Source: a virus (Duplodnaviria > Caudoviricetes). From it: a stretch of DNA of 35,195 nucleotides. This document shows positions 33,624 through 35,195 of this stretch, in pieces. Made by a program: the position numbers and the translations under genes. Under the pieces are notes generated by a model that saw nothing but the letters and a program-made list of their open reading frames with translations, was not told the origin of the DNA and searched no databases. The stretch lies in the IMG/VR virus record IMGVR_UViG_3300031965_000098, positions 1-35,195 of that record, one strand, 5' to 3'. Numbering within the stretch: the stretch's first letter is position 1; each line of letters starts with the position of its first letter.

Positions 33624-34184
33624 ATGGCGCGCGCCCTCACCGCCGGCATGCTCACGGCGATCGCCACCGGCATCGTCAAGCCGATCTTTCTCTATGAGGC
33701 CGAGTTCGCGAGCGGCACGGTGAATCTCTTCACGGGGCACGGCACGCTCAGCTGGGACAGCAAGAGCTGGACCGGCGACGAAGGGCTGATGCGCATCGAA
33801 TCCGCGGTCGAGACTTCGGATCTCGCGGCGCTGAATTTCACCGTGAGCCTGAACGGCCAGGTGAGCTCGCTCTTGAGCCTCGCGCTCGGCCAGGTGCGCC
33901 GCGGCAAGCCCGGCAGCGTGTGGCTTGGGCTGCTGGACGCCGCGGGGGCGGTGATCGCAGACCCGTTCCTCTGCTTCAAGGGCCGCGCCGACAAGCCGAG
34001 CATCGTCCCGGATCCGAACAGTTGCGTGGTGGGCGTGGCCTACGAATCGCGGCTGATCGACGCGGCGCGCCGGCGCGAACGGCGCTACACGCCGGAGGAT
34101 CAGGCGCTGGACTTCCCGGCCGACAAGGGCTTCGACCAGGTCGCCGCGCTGCAGGACACGGTGCTCGTCTTCGGAAGACGATGA
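33624..34184 (+). CDS. Minor tail/baseplate hub-associated protein
   Basis: FTGHGTLSW..WTG..ESRLID..RYT.EDQ..FP.DKGFDQV pattern of siphovirus tail-tip genes. Confidence 0.75.
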   Translation: MARALTAGMLTAIATGIVKPIFLYEAEFASGTVNLFTGHGTLSWDSKSWTGDEGLMRIESAVETSDLAALNFTVSLNGQVSSLLSLALGQVRRGKPGSVWLGLLDAAGAVIADPFLCFKGRADKPSIVPDPNSCVVGVAYESRLIDAARRRERRYTPEDQALDFPADKGFDQVAALQDTVLVFGRR

Positions 34185-34185
34185 T

Positions 34186-34593
34186 ATGAGGCTCGAAGGC
34201 TGGGAAAAGCGCCTCTTCGCCGTCATCGACGAGGCGCGCGCCAAGCCCTACGCGCTGGGCGAACACGACTGTTTTCGCGTTGCCTGCAAAACCGTCGAGG
34301 CGCTCACCGGCGTGGACCGCTGGCCGGAGTTCGCCGGGTACAAGACGCGCCGCGAGGCGATGCGCAAACTCGCCAAGCATGGCGCGACCTTCGAGGCCGC
34401 GGGCGACTGGTTTTTCGGTGGTGAGTCGGTTGAGGTGCGCTTCGCGCGCCGCGGCGACATCTGCTGCGTGCAGAGCGTGGACGGCGAGAAGCACCTGGGC
34501 GTGTGTCTCGGTGCCGAGGTCGTGCTGCTCGCGCCCGAGGGACTGATCGCGACGCCGCTGCCGAGCTGCCGCTGCGCCTGGAGGGTTGGATAA
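34186..34593 (+). CDS. NlpC/P60-like (DUF6950-like) tail-tip protein
   Basis: GEHDC, ALTGVD, ARRGDI, HLGVCLG. Confidence 0.75.
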   Translation: MRLEGWEKRLFAVIDEARAKPYALGEHDCFRVACKTVEALTGVDRWPEFAGYKTRREAMRKLAKHGATFEAAGDWFFGGESVEVRFARRGDICCVQSVDGEKHLGVCLGAEVVLLAPEGLIATPLPSCRCAWRVG

Positions 34594-34594
34594 C

Positions 34595-35195
34595 ATGCCT
34601 GTCGCCGTCGGTGCCGCGATTGCCGGGGCGGCAGTCTCCAGCTCGGTTGCTGCGGCGGTTGGCGGCGGGATCATCTTCGGCACGCTGACAACTGGCATGC
34701 TGGTCGGTGCCGTCGCCGGTGGCCTTGCCTCGGTTGCGGTGAGCGCGGCATTCGCCGACACGCCCGACGCCGCGCCGCAATTCGAGCAGGAGCTGCGCGA
34801 CAACCTGGTCACGGTGCGCCAGCCGATCACGCACTGGCAGTACATCTACGGCCGCACGCGGGTGGGCGGTGCGCTCACCTTCGCGCACGAGTCCGCCAAC
34901 GACAACCTGCACCTCATCATCACGCTCGCCGGTCACGTCTGCGAGGCAATCGAGGCGATCCACTTCAACGACGAGGTGGTGCCGCTGGATGGCTCGGGCA
35001 ACGCCACCGGGCGCTACGCGGGCTTTGTGCGGATCCTCAAGTCCCTGGGCGACGAGGCCGGGCAGCCCTTCGCCGCGCTGGTGGCCGAGTCCGAGGGCAA
35101 GTGGACCGCCGACCACCGCCAGAGCGGGCGCACCAAGATCTACGTGCGCCTCACCCCGAACGCGGACCTCTTCCCGACCGGGATCCCGAACGTCA
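34595..35195 (+). CDS. Tail tip/host-specificity protein, N-terminal part (runs off the window)
   Basis: ATG 34595; hydrophobic N-terminus, then VRQP..YIYGRTRVGG..LHLII.LAGH..I.FNDE; no stop before the window end. Confidence 0.82.
   Translation, partial: MPVAVGAAIAGAAVSSSVAAAVGGGIIFGTLTTGMLVGAVAGGLASVAVSAAFADTPDAAPQFEQELRDNLVTVRQPITHWQYIYGRTRVGGALTFAHESANDNLHLIITLAGHVCEAIEAIHFNDEVVPLDGSGNATGRYAGFVRILKSLGDEAGQPFAALVAESEGKWTADHRQSGRTKIYVRLTPNADLFPTGIPNV

Larger units (their letters stand above)
325..35195. mobile_element. Temperate lambdoid siphovirus/prophage genome (right end truncated; lysis genes not seen)
   Basis: Ordered modules: att-int-xis, early operon, cI/cro, primase-helicase, Q-like, cos, terS/terL, portal, protease, capsid, tail tube, tape measure, tail tip. 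Confidence 0.97.

Noticed and set aside
21170-35195. A VR copy in the fibre or tail genes
   Set aside because: By eye, no match to the TR or to the GCGCGCGCGGTCCGCAG end motif in this region; genes beyond the window cannot be assessed.

Overview
The window holds most of the genome of a temperate, GC-rich, lambdoid siphovirus. Left to right: a tRNA-Lys(TTT) 3'-half att core next to a tyrosine integrase and excisionase; a leftward early operon; a cI/cro switch with four 14-bp operators; a primase-helicase with an iteron-rich origin; a Q-like late regulator; a lambda-type cos; terminase, portal and S49 protease; a Mu gpT-like capsid; and tail genes running off the right end. The standout element is a complete diversity-generating retroelement (RT, template repeat, avd) in the early operon. 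It diversifies two tandem small DUF1566/C-type-lectin-like genes (15 adenine-specific changes in each variable repeat) and is not linked to any tail-fibre gene in this window. Also notable: an attP-like rather than attL-like att site, and a 5.3-kb insert between portal and protease encoding a 1089-aa repeat fibre, a YkgJ Cys-cluster protein and a SAM-methyltransferase-like protein. All family assignments are from motif recognition by eye; no searches were run.
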